Source of the DNA: an uncultured candidate division Zixibacteria bacterium
Lineage (GTDB): Bacteria; Zixibacteria; MSB-5A5; GN15; PGXB01
Direction of reading: 5' to 3'
Assembly: GCA_963702205.1 (NCBI GenBank)
Contig: OY969724.1
Coordinates: 1,824,001-1,888,000 of the forward strand
DNA: 64,000 nt
In this document: piece after piece, positions 9,605 through 18,471 of the stretch
Numbering within the stretch: position 1 is the stretch's first letter
Layout: each line of letters opens with the position of its first letter
Position numbers and translations under genes: made by a program
The notes under the pieces: generated by a model
What the model saw: only the letters and a program-made list of their open reading frames with translations
Database searches by the model: none
Told to the model about the DNA's origin: nothing

Positions 9605-10474
9605 ATGGACACGATTTCTGTAAAAGCGCCGGCCAAGATTAATCTGTTTTTGAAAGTTCTTGGTAAGCGGCCCGACGGTTATCACGACCTTCTATCCTGG
9701 TTTCAGGCGGTCGACCTATTCGATCGGCTGACTATCTCCAAATCCCCGGAGCCGGGATTTAACATCGACGTCTCGGGTGAATTCGACGCCCCGACCGATG
9801 AACTAAACACCGTTTATGGGGCCTGTCGGATTTTGTTCGAACGATTCAACTTGCCGGGAGGAGTGGACATTTCGCTGGAAAAGCACATCCCGACCGAGGC
9901 CGGGCTGGGGGGAGGGTCCTCGGACGCCGCTTCGGCGATTTATGCCGTAAACCGTCTTTTCGATCTGAATATGACAGATTCTGACATGGCGGAAGCGGGG
10001 CTTGAAATCGGCTCGGACGTGCCGTTTTTCTTCTCGACGGGGCAGGCGGAGGTGACCGGCAGGGGTGAAAAAGTCAATAATATTGAGCTGCCGCGGGATT
10101 ATTTCGTGGTTTTGATAAAGCCGTCGTTTGGGGTGTCGACGGCCGAGGCTTACCGGTTGTTGAAAATGGACTTGACAAGCCCAAACAGCGGTATTAAGTT
10201 ATTACGTTATAAAAATTTCAGGGCTATGGTTAAGGCCGTTTCCGAGCATGAGAATGATTTTGAGGAGTTGCAGTTCGGACGTTTCCCGGAGTTAGCACAA
10301 ATCAAAGAAAAACTGGTGGCGGCTGGCGCTTTATTAGCACGCTTAAGCGGTTCTGGTCCTGCAATGTTTGGCTTGTTTGATAGATTGCCTGAGAGGGGTA
10401 TTGTGCAGCGAATTGCCGGGGGAAATTGGCTGGCCTGTGATTTAAGGCCGATCTCCCTGCCCGCTTGGGAATGA
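9605..10474 (+). CDS. ispE: 4-diphosphocytidyl-2-C-methyl-D-erythritol kinase
   Basis: APAKINLFL...RPDGYH, IPTEAGLGGGSSDAA, GSDVPFF, LSGSG; real start at ATG 9605. Confidence 0.96.
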   Translation: MDTISVKAPAKINLFLKVLGKRPDGYHDLLSWFQAVDLFDRLTISKSPEPGFNIDVSGEFDAPTDELNTVYGACRILFERFNLPGGVDISLEKHIPTEAGLGGGSSDAASAIYAVNRLFDLNMTDSDMAEAGLEIGSDVPFFFSTGQAEVTGRGEKVNNIELPRDYFVVLIKPSFGVSTAEAYRLLKMDLTSPNSGIKLLRYKNFRAMVKAVSEHENDFEELQFGRFPELAQIKEKLVAAGALLARLSGSGPAMFGLFDRLPERGIVQRIAGGNWLACDLRPISLPAWE

Positions 10475-10505
10475 GGGTTCGCTAATTTTAGCGTTAGGAG
10501 AAATC

Positions 10506-10781
10506 GTGGAGATCACAGAAATCAGAATCATCCTGCGAGATGAAGAAAGGTTGAAAGGTTTCGCCAATGTGACCTTCAATAACGCCTTCGTCATTCGTGG
10601 CATGAAAATAATATCCGGCAACAAGGGATATTTCGTTTCCATGCCCAGCAGGAAAAGACCGGACGGAACGCATCAGGATGTCGCCCACCCGATCAATAAC
10701 GAGACGAGGCAGATGATCGAGGAAAAAGTCCTGGAAGCTTATGAGGCTGAACTGAAGACAAAGACAGCCGAAGCCAGTTAA
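10506..10781 (+). CDS. spoVG: SpoVG family nucleic-acid-binding protein
   Basis: MEITEIRI...FVSMPSRKRPDG...DVAHPIN; AGGAG RBS, GTG start. Confidence 0.95.
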   Translation: MEITEIRIILRDEERLKGFANVTFNNAFVIRGMKIISGNKGYFVSMPSRKRPDGTHQDVAHPINNETRQMIEEKVLEAYEAELKTKTAEAS

Positions 10782-10791
10782 AAAAATTTAC

Positions 10792-10866
10792 TGGGGTGTC
10801 GTCAAGCGGTAAGACACAAGCCTTTGGAGCTTGCATTCGGAGGTTCGAATCCTCCCACCCCAGCCA
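10792..10866 (+). tRNA. tRNA-Gln(UUG)
   Basis: TGGGGTG/CACCCCA acceptor stem, anticodon arm CAAGC-CTTTGGA-GCTTG, GGTTCGAATCC T-loop, encoded CCA. Confidence 0.97.
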
Positions 10867-10931
10867 AATTTTAGCCAGGCCATTTGAGATTTAATGCAGG
10901 AGAGCAAATTTACCACCATTAGATAAATACC

Positions 10932-11876
10932 ATGTCAGAATTAAAGCTTATCACCGGCAGATCTAACCGTCCCCTCGCCGAACAAATCGCCCGCTATATC
11001 GGAGTTGATTTAACCGCTTGTGAATTGCGGAATTTTTCCGATGGCGAATTGTTTGTCCAGATAAACGAGAATATTCGGGGAGCGGACGTCTTTATAATCC
11101 AGTCAACCAACCCTCCGGCGGAGAATATGCTGGAGCTGTTGATATTGATCGAGGCGGCGAGGCGCGCATCGGCGTCGCGTATAACCGCCGTGATACCGTA
11201 CTATGGCTACGCCCGGCAGGACAGAAAAGACAAGCCGCGGGTGGCGATCACCGCCAAGCTTATCGCGAATCTTATCACCACCGCAGGCGCGGACCGTATC
11301 ATAACGATGGACCTGCACGCTTCACAAATCCAGGGCTTTTTCGATATCCCGCACGATCACCTGTATTCCACCCGGGTGTTCAAAGATTACCTTGAAAATA
11401 TGAACATGGCCAACACGGTTATCGTGTCGCCGGACGTGGGGTCGATCAAAATGGCCCGGGCTTTCGCCAAGGCTTTCCATTGCAGTCTGGCGATTATCGA
11501 CAAACGCCGCCCGGAACCGAACAAATCGGAAGTTGTAAACGTTATCGGCGATGTGAAAGGGAAAAATGTCATAATCCGCGATGATATGGTCGACACGGCC
11601 GGAACGTTGTGCCAGGCGGCTGAAGCCGTCTCGGAGCTTGGTGCCCTGGACGTTTTTGCCATCTGTACCCATGCCGTTTTGTCCGGGAGCGCCATCAACC
11701 GGATCGTCAAATCGCCCATAAAGAAGATGATTATATCGGATTCGATAAATGGAAATAAAAAAGACCTGCCGGAGTTGTTTCAGGTCCTGAGCTGCGCCAA
11801 GCTGTTCGGCGAAGCTATCATGAGAATCTCCGGCGAAAAATCGGTATCGTCGCTTTTCGACGATCTGCCGGTTTAG
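10932..11876 (+). CDS. prs: Ribose-phosphate pyrophosphokinase
   Basis: FSDGE, PYYGYARQDRK, DLHASQIQGFFD, VSPDVG, DDMVDTAGT. Confidence 0.97.
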   Translation: MSELKLITGRSNRPLAEQIARYIGVDLTACELRNFSDGELFVQINENIRGADVFIIQSTNPPAENMLELLILIEAARRASASRITAVIPYYGYARQDRKDKPRVAITAKLIANLITTAGADRIITMDLHASQIQGFFDIPHDHLYSTRVFKDYLENMNMANTVIVSPDVGSIKMARAFAKAFHCSLAIIDKRRPEPNKSEVVNVIGDVKGKNVIIRDDMVDTAGTLCQAAEAVSELGALDVFAICTHAVLSGSAINRIVKSPIKKMIISDSINGNKKDLPELFQVLSCAKLFGEAIMRISGEKSVSSLFDDLPV

Positions 11877-11911
11877 ACCGCAAATTTTGTTAAGGAGGTT
11901 TATAGATCACG

Positions 11912-12583
11912 ATGGAAGACATCAGACTCAGTGCCGAAAAACGTCAAACCACCGGAAAAGGCGAGGCCCGCAAAACCAGAGTCGAGGGATTTTTGCCGGG
12001 CGTCCTGTACGGACCGGAGACGGAAGCGATTGCGATTTTCCTGAAAACCCGGGAACTGGAGGGGCTGCTGCGGAAGCACGGCAGCACGAATATGCTCATC
12101 AACCTCGACCTGGCCGAAGACAAAAGCGGCGAGCGTAAGGTTCTCATTCGCGAACTCCAGCGAGATCCGATCGTCGGATCGCTCAAGCACGTGGACCTGT
12201 ATCAGGTATCCATGAGCAAGAAGATCAGCATGTCGATCAGGATTCACCTGACGGGAACGCCGGAAGGCGTCAAGCTGGGCGGTATTCTCCAGCACATTAT
12301 CCGTGACCTGGATATAAACTGTCTGCCCGGAGATATTCCGGGGGCGGTGGAAGTCGACGTATCCGCGATGAATATCGGTGACTCGATCCATGTGGGCCAC
12401 ATCGAGCTCGAAAACGTGGAAGTGCTCACCAGTCCCAACCGGACGATCGTGACGGTTGTCCCGCCGACGGTTATCAAAGAGACGACCACTGCGGCCGCCG
12501 AGGGTGAAGCCGCCGAGGGCGAAGGTGAAGCCGCCGAGGGCGAAGAAGGCAAGAAGGAAGAAGCTGCAGAAGAGAATGAATAA
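11912..12583 (+). CDS. rplY: 50S ribosomal protein L25/CTC
   Basis: GKGEARKTR, PGVLYG, HVDLY, GVKLGG, acidic tail; follows prs. Confidence 0.95.
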   Translation: MEDIRLSAEKRQTTGKGEARKTRVEGFLPGVLYGPETEAIAIFLKTRELEGLLRKHGSTNMLINLDLAEDKSGERKVLIRELQRDPIVGSLKHVDLYQVSMSKKISMSIRIHLTGTPEGVKLGGILQHIIRDLDINCLPGDIPGAVEVDVSAMNIGDSIHVGHIELENVEVLTSPNRTIVTVVPPTVIKETTTAAAEGEAAEGEGEAAEGEEGKKEEAAEENE

Positions 12584-12608
12584 TCTTTTTGTGCATATTC
12601 CGAAATAT

Positions 12609-12632
12609 AAGCCGCCTTCGGGCGGCTTTTTT
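12609..12632 (+). terminator. Intrinsic terminator after rplY
   Basis: AAGCCGCC-TTCG-GGCGGCTTTTTT. Confidence 0.9.
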
Positions 12633-12706
12633 AATGCGTGATTAATTGACTTTTGGAACATCCGATTATATAAATATAGTTATAAAGTAATAGATTGGTA
12701 CAAATT

Positions 12707-13042
12707 ATGGTCAGAAAACCCAAAATGCTGCAGATCGACGCGCGGACGTACAGCCGCTATTTCAAAGCGTTCGGGGAGCCGACCCGGCTCAAGATACTGG
12801 CGCTCCTGGCCGACGGCGAAATGACGGTCAACGAAATTACCGAGGCGGTCGGATTGTCGCAGCCGACGGTCAGCCGCCACCTGGCGCAACTACGCGACGC
12901 CGATATAGTCATAGACCGGCGCGACGGCCAAAGAATCTACTACAGCCTCAATAAAGACGTCATCTCCGAGTGCTGCAACGGTTTCTGCGACTGTCTTCGG
13001 GTGATCCAGATTACGCCCGACAAGAAATCCCGGAAAAAGTAA
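12707..13042 (+). CDS. ArsR/SmtB family regulator with C-terminal Cys cluster
   Basis: FKAFGEPTRLKIL, LSQPTVSRHLAQL, IYYSLN, then ECCNGFCDC. Confidence 0.93.
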   Translation: MVRKPKMLQIDARTYSRYFKAFGEPTRLKILALLADGEMTVNEITEAVGLSQPTVSRHLAQLRDADIVIDRRDGQRIYYSLNKDVISECCNGFCDCLRVIQITPDKKSRKK

Positions 13043-13059
13043 AATTTTTTGGAAACTTA

Positions 13060-13092
13060 TATTGCCATATACGTATATTCATATATATATGT
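13060..13092 (+). promoter_or_regulatory. Candidate promoter/ArsR operator
   Basis: TTGCCA followed by the palindrome ATATACGTATAT and AT-rich -10-like sequence, just upstream of the AAGGAGGT RBS. Confidence 0.45.
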
Positions 13093-13114
13093 AGTCAGAA
13101 AGGAGGTGAAAGCC

Positions 13115-13300
13115 GTGGAAAAAGAAATCGGTTCGATCAAAGTTACCGAAACCGACGACGGGTATCGGATCGACGTCGCCGGGAAGGACCTGAAAGGTCT
13201 GATGCCCTGCTGTATCCCGCTGGCCGGGTGCTGCGATGCGAAAGAGGGATCGTGCTGTGTGAAAATTGTCAAAGGCGAAAAAGACTCGGAGTGCTGCTGA
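13115..13300 (+). CDS. 61-aa protein with four CC pairs (putative metal/metalloid binding)
   Basis: AAGGAGGTG RBS plus GTG 13115; ...MPCCIPLAGCCDAKEGSCCVKIVKGEKDSECC. Confidence 0.75.
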   Translation: MEKEIGSIKVTETDDGYRIDVAGKDLKGLMPCCIPLAGCCDAKEGSCCVKIVKGEKDSECC

Positions 13301-13665
13301 ACATTCATCTGGTTTCGGGCTCTCCGGTGAGAACCATTTAACAAGGTGGCGGTTATGAACAGGTATTCGATTCCCAGAATAGCGCACTGCAGCAACGGCT
13401 GTAGTATTCGGTCCCGGGCACGACCTTAAACTGCCCACCGGTTTATCAGTTTGTTTGTTTGTAGAGTATCATTGTCTACAATTCCCCTCAATTAATTATA
13501 GCTGCATGTGTTAGGCGTAAATGGGTTCGTTCTTGAAAATTCAATTTTCATTTCCTTCCCAATTAGTGTGGCATTTTAGATTCAATATTGGCTTCATAGT
13601 AAAGGGGGACGCTCTGAATCAACATCGGTTTGGGGGTGGAATTGTGAATGATTGGTTTCTTTTGC

Positions 13666-13730
13666 CGTCGGGAAGGGGTTCCCGACGATGCAAATAAAGA
13701 CTGGATTCCCGCCTGCGCGGGAATGACATT
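13666..13730. repeat. Two palindromic elements (REP-like and dRS3-like)
   Basis: CGTCGGGAAGGGGTTCCCGACG and CTGGATTCCC-GCCTGCGC-GGGAATGAC (ATTCCC-N8-GGGAAT). Confidence 0.8.
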
Positions 13731-13771
13731 AATCGGTAGCTCTGATGATTAAAGAGATTTTGTATAAATAA

Positions 13772-15361
13772 TCATTTCATCAATATCATCTTCTTAGAAT
13801 ACATGGCTTCGTCGGTGGCCAGGCGGTATAAATAAACGCCGGAAGCGAGCGGTTTATTGGAATTGTCGGTGCCGTTCCACTTTACGTTGTATGTCCCGGC
13901 CGGGAGGTCTTTATCAATCAGTTGAGCCACTTCCTGTCCGAGGATATTGTGTATGGTCAATGCGGCGTGGGTTTTATATGGGATCTCGAAGGAAATGGTC
14001 GTTGTTGGATTAAATGGGTTAGGATAGTTTTGATATAGCTTAAACGAATTCGGTATGGTCGGTTCATAGTCATAGGGAACGTCGACTGTTGAATTATCCC
14101 AGCCGGAAAAAATATGAACTCGGCTGTTCCAGAGTATAAATGGTTCGGTTTGAGTTCTCGAAGCAAAATCATCTATTCCATCGCCGTTAAAATCGCCTAT
14201 ACCGGAGACAGTCCAGCCAAGGCATGATTCCGGTTCCGGCATTTCATCCTCATCCAACATTATGTCGGCAACGGAATCTGCGTCCGGACCTCCCAGGTAA
14301 CCGTAAATTTCGGAGTCGAACCAATCCGAATAAACGCCGATGATTAGATCAAGATAACCATCGCTGTTTATATCTCCTGCAATATCGACGCTGGTCTGCA
14401 CAAAATAACCCCCATATCTGGATTTATTGGTGACAATGTCCAGTTCGCCATCATAATCCGGACCCCCGAGAAAAATACCATACGGTTGAGGGCTGTTACC
14501 ACCGATATACAAATCTTCATAACCGTCCCCGTTAAAATCGCCGACTGGCATAAGAAATTCGCCAAACGCAGAACCGCTTCCGGGTATTTCAAAATTCTGG
14601 TTTGAATCGAAGTCAGGGCCACCCCAATAGAACTGGATACCATATGAATCATGATTATAATATGATGACACAGCCAAGTCTTTATATCCATCACCATTAT
14701 AATCTATCAGTACTGCCCTATGCCCAAATCCAGTAGTTTGATTTGATATTATATAATCAGGAATATCATCCATATCTGAACCCAATTTATAAATATAAAC
14801 ATCTCCACCGTTTACGTCTTGAGTTAAAACCAAGTCCAAGACGCCATCATCATCAATATCACCGGGCTTTCCAACATATGCCCAGACACCAGTAAATGTG
14901 AAATCGGGGATGTCATCCATATCCGGCCCGCCATAATAAATATATATTTCTTGGACCAAACCGTCGGAGCGGGCGAGATCATCGTATCCATCACCATTAA
15001 TATCACCAATGTTGTAAGTCAGCTTTGTGAAATTTCCAAAAATCCTATCAGGGATTTCATCGGGCGGATTGCCCCCATAATAAAGGAAACAACTGTCGTC
15101 CGCCCAGGAATAGCCACGACGTCCTCTGCAAATTAGGATATCGCTGTAATTGTCACCATTGATATCTCCTAGTGGGATAATACCGTCTCCCAAAAAAGTG
15201 CTATCGCGATAATCGTGAATAACCAACAACCTTTCAAGCGAGTCAATGCCGGCTTTCTCGGAATAAACGCCTTGAGTTACCCAGTCAGCGGAGGAAATCA
15301 AGGGGATGATTAAGATAAATAATGATATTAAGATTGTTTGAAACATGGATGCCTTAGGCAT
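13772..15361 (-). CDS. Secreted FG-GAP repeat protein with C-terminal FlgD-Ig/T9SS-A-like tail
   Basis: Signal peptide; repeated GDINGDGYDDL/GDFNGDG motifs; LYQNYPNPFNPTTTI...ASGVYLYRL...KKMILMK. Confidence 0.9.
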   Translation of the reverse strand: MPKASMFQTILISLFILIIPLISSADWVTQGVYSEKAGIDSLERLLVIHDYRDSTFLGDGIIPLGDINGDNYSDILICRGRRGYSWADDSCFLYYGGNPPDEIPDRIFGNFTKLTYNIGDINGDGYDDLARSDGLVQEIYIYYGGPDMDDIPDFTFTGVWAYVGKPGDIDDDGVLDLVLTQDVNGGDVYIYKLGSDMDDIPDYIISNQTTGFGHRAVLIDYNGDGYKDLAVSSYYNHDSYGIQFYWGGPDFDSNQNFEIPGSGSAFGEFLMPVGDFNGDGYEDLYIGGNSPQPYGIFLGGPDYDGELDIVTNKSRYGGYFVQTSVDIAGDINSDGYLDLIIGVYSDWFDSEIYGYLGGPDADSVADIMLDEDEMPEPESCLGWTVSGIGDFNGDGIDDFASRTQTEPFILWNSRVHIFSGWDNSTVDVPYDYEPTIPNSFKLYQNYPNPFNPTTTISFEIPYKTHAALTIHNILGQEVAQLIDKDLPAGTYNVKWNGTDNSNKPLASGVYLYRLATDEAMYSKKMILMK

Positions 15362-15450
15362 GATAGGTCCCCCAAATTACTTGCTAAACTCCTATAATAT
15401 AATATTAATAATGGATTTGGTTTTGTCAATGCTGAATGCGAGTGTGGAAT

Positions 15451-15958
15451 GTCGTCGGGAAAGGGTTCCCGACGACGCGGGCAGGGGGGCACATCGCCAA
15501 AATAGCCCCAGTACTTCTTCAATGTCATATGTCCCCTCCAATGTCATACCCGCGTAGGCGGGTATCCAGTTTTCGTAGGTCATGCCCACTTGGAGCATGA
15601 CATCTTTAATATAATCAAATAAAGATGTCAGGAGCGCCCTTCGCAACGCTCGCTGCGCAGATTCAGCGCAGGCAGGACCTTCGGCACGGCTCCTGACCTA
15701 CTTAAGAAGGATTAGCTGCGATTATGTGACCGGCAGACGCCCTCGTCTGCCGTTTGTTGGATCGTGCCATAAATCAACGAGGCGTCAGACGAGGGCGTCT
15801 AACGCCCACGGTGTCCAGTCTTTCTTGCTGGTCATTATGTAGACATAATGCGATTTCATGAAGACCCTGGATTCCCGCCCTTCATTCTTCAGCGCCTTCA
15901 GTGTACGCGGGTATCCGAGGGAATTAAGAACTGGATCCCGGGTCAAGCCCGGGATGAC
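15451..15958. repeat. Second REP/REPIN-like cluster
   Basis: GTCGTCGGGAAAGGGTTCCCGACGAC (15451), GTCATACCCGCGTAGGCGGGTATCCAG (15543), inverted GTAGGTCA...TGACCTAC doublet (15575-15701), CAGACGCCCTCGTCTG doublet (15726-15809), CTGGATCCCGGGTCAAGCCCGGGATGAC (15931). Confidence 0.85.
15812..15859 (-). pseudogene. 5' remnant of a small GIY-YIG nuclease gene
   Basis: MKSHYVYIMTSKK resembles the YYVYILASxxNGTLY start of small GIY-YIG proteins; runs straight into a palindromic repeat. Confidence 0.5.
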
Positions 15959-16019
15959 AATATTGGTGTGCGGAAAAACATTTTTGGTGCAGAGTGACAT
16001 TATGGCCCGGTTTGGGAAA

Positions 16020-18416
16020 TTACATCATATCGTGGGGGTCGATGTCGATGGTGACGCGGACGGTCGAAGAAAGGCCGAAGTTGCGGGCGGTGCGCTCCCA
16101 GTCGGAAATAATGTGCACCAACGAACTAACCTTAGCGGTTTTGATTAATATATGCCGGCGGTACATACCCCGAAGCGTATAAAAATGGCACATGGCCGGG
16201 CCGAGGACAATCGCTTTGTGTTTATCCGAGATCAGGCGTTTTTCCAGCTCTTTTTTAAATTGTAAGGCCTGAGTCTTGACAGTCGCTTCGGTCTTGCCTG
16301 AGAATCGTACATTGACCAGATGACTGAATGGCGGATAGTGCAATGACTGACGGGTCTGGATCTCTCTCTCGTAAAACGAATCGTAATCCTGCCGCGCGGC
16401 ATCGTCGATAAGCTCCAGTTCGGGCTGGAAGGTCTGTATGATCACCTCGCCGGGTACCTGGCCGCGTCCGGAGCGTCCGGAAACCTGAATCAGCTTGGCG
16501 AACAGCTTTTCGGGAGCGCGGAAGTCGGGCATGTCCATGCCAAGGTCGGCCATAAGCACCCCGACAAGGCTGACGTCGGGAAAGTCGATGCCTTTGGTCA
16601 CCATCTGCGTGCCGAGCAGGATGTCATATTTTTTCTGTGCGAAATCGTTGAGCGTGATATGCGCCTGTTCGCGTTTGCGGGCATTGTCGGAATCGAGCCG
16701 TACCGCGCGCGGTGAGTCGAAAATCTCGGATAGTGCATTTTCGATTTTTTGCGTCCCCGCACCGAGATATAAAAAGTCGGTCCCGCCGCACTTCTGACAG
16801 ACGTCGTAGTGGGCGTAGGAATAATCGCAGAGGTGGCAAAGCAGCCGCTGGCCGTGCTTGTGGTAGGCCATTGGCACCTGGCAGTGCGGGCATTCCGGAG
16901 TGTGACCGCAGGTGGTGCATTTGATTCGGGGCGAGAAACCGCGACGGTTGAGGTACAAGATCACCTGATTATTTTTCTTCAGCGCATCTTTTATGTGGCT
17001 CTTGAGAATCGACGAGAAATACGCCTGTTCGGGATTGAAATATTCGTTTTTGAGATCGACCAACCGCACGAAAGGCGTGGTTGCTTTTTCCGGTCTTCTG
17101 GTCAGGCGGATCATTTGATAGCGTTCTTTTTGGGCGTTGTGGTACGATTCAAACGACGGTGTCGCCGAACCGAGGACGACCGGGATGTCGAGCATTTTGG
17201 CGCGCATGACGGCGGCATCGCGGGCGTGAAAGCGCGGCGCGGGGTCATCCTGCTTGTAAGACTCATCGTGTTCCTCGTCGACGATAATCAAGCCCGGATT
17301 ATTAAGCGGTGCAAATATAGCCGAACGGGCGCCGACGACGATATCGAACCGTCCGTCTCTAACTCTCTGCCAGATGCCCAGCCGCTGGCTCGGATTTATG
17401 GCCGAGTGCATGATAGCGACCCGGTCAGGGAAGTACGCCCGGAGCGAGGCCAGAAGCGTCCCGGCCAGAGCTATCTCCGGCACCAGAAATAGTACCGTCC
17501 TGCCCTGCCTGATAATCTCGCGCGCGACGTGGCAGTACACCAGAGTCTTGCCCGATCCCGTGATGCCGTAGAGAAGGGCCGGATGGAAGTGTTCAGAGTG
17601 GTCCAGAAGCGATTTAATCGCGTCGGCCTGTTCGCCGGTTGGCACCAGCTTGTCGATATCGGGACGCGGCTTTATGTACGGCAGCAATTCCGGAAGACCA
17701 AAAACCGGACGGATGATATTTTTGTCTTTCAGTTTCCTAAAGGCGTATTCGGACAGACCCGAGGCGAGGCATTCTTTTTTTGAAATGTACTTACCGATCT
17801 CAGCCAGGGGTTTTAAAATGTCCGGGACGTTCGCGCTGTCGCCGGATTCGACGTTAATTGTATACCCCAAAAGAGTTCCGATATTTTCATCCGATGTTTG
17901 CGCCCAGGTTTCGGTCAGGACACCTTTATCAATCAGGGTGTCTATTAGCGCACCGTGTTTTTTTCTCAGTGCAGTCAGGGATCTGTCGGTGAGTGTGTCG
18001 CTTTCTTGCAGCATCTTTACCAATATTTCCGGAAGTTGCGACGCATTCATTTGATCCAATAAAGCCGCATTCACGAGGAAGTTCGGTTTTTTTATCTTAC
18101 GTAATTCCGGTGGCAGGGCCGACATAAGCACGTCGGCGATGTTGGCGCAATAGTACGTCGCCATCCAGTGCAGGAATTTGTACATGTCTTCGGGGAAAAG
18201 CGAATAGTGATCTATCACGGATAAAATGGGCTTAATGGCTGCCTGCGGTTTCTGATGAGTTTTTTCTATGAAAAATCCAAGAATCTTGCGGCGGCCGAAG
18301 GGCACCGCAATTCTTTGTCCCGGTTCCAGCCGCGCGGCATTTTCCGGAGTACAGGCATAGGTGAATAAAAGCCCGGTGGTGCCGGGGACGGCGATATTTA
18401 TCATAGATTGCGGCAT
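16020..18416 (-). CDS. priA: Primosomal protein N'
   Basis: GITGSGKT, LVPEI, DEEH, SATP, NRRG, four CxxC, QVSGRSGR, DIDP. Confidence 0.96.
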   Translation of the reverse strand: MPQSMINIAVPGTTGLLFTYACTPENAARLEPGQRIAVPFGRRKILGFFIEKTHQKPQAAIKPILSVIDHYSLFPEDMYKFLHWMATYYCANIADVLMSALPPELRKIKKPNFLVNAALLDQMNASQLPEILVKMLQESDTLTDRSLTALRKKHGALIDTLIDKGVLTETWAQTSDENIGTLLGYTINVESGDSANVPDILKPLAEIGKYISKKECLASGLSEYAFRKLKDKNIIRPVFGLPELLPYIKPRPDIDKLVPTGEQADAIKSLLDHSEHFHPALLYGITGSGKTLVYCHVAREIIRQGRTVLFLVPEIALAGTLLASLRAYFPDRVAIMHSAINPSQRLGIWQRVRDGRFDIVVGARSAIFAPLNNPGLIIVDEEHDESYKQDDPAPRFHARDAAVMRAKMLDIPVVLGSATPSFESYHNAQKERYQMIRLTRRPEKATTPFVRLVDLKNEYFNPEQAYFSSILKSHIKDALKKNNQVILYLNRRGFSPRIKCTTCGHTPECPHCQVPMAYHKHGQRLLCHLCDYSYAHYDVCQKCGGTDFLYLGAGTQKIENALSEIFDSPRAVRLDSDNARKREQAHITLNDFAQKKYDILLGTQMVTKGIDFPDVSLVGVLMADLGMDMPDFRAPEKLFAKLIQVSGRSGRGQVPGEVIIQTFQPELELIDDAARQDYDSFYEREIQTRQSLHYPPFSHLVNVRFSGKTEATVKTQALQFKKELEKRLISDKHKAIVLGPAMCHFYTLRGMYRRHILIKTAKVSSLVHIISDWERTARNFGLSSTVRVTIDIDPHDMM

Positions 18417-18420
18417 AGAT

Positions 18421-18452
18421 AAAAAAAGGCAGGCCCACGACGGACCTGCCTT
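18421..18452 (-). terminator. Intrinsic terminator after the TPR gene
   Basis: Minus strand AAGGCAGGTCC..GGGCCTGCCTTTTTTT. Confidence 0.75.
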
Positions 18453-18471
18453 GCGAATTTAGCCTTCCATT

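Noticed and set aside
10792..10866. tRNA-Gln as an integration site for the AT-rich island
   Set aside because: It sits in its usual spoVG-prs context; I saw no duplicated 3' end and no integrase.
12492..12550. GCCGCCGAGGG(T/C)GAA tandem repeat
   Set aside because: It encodes the ordinary low-complexity acidic tail of L25/CTC.
13772..15361. Diversity-generating retroelement or integron cassette
   Set aside because: No reverse transcriptase, template/variable repeat pair, integron integrase or convincing attC site was seen.
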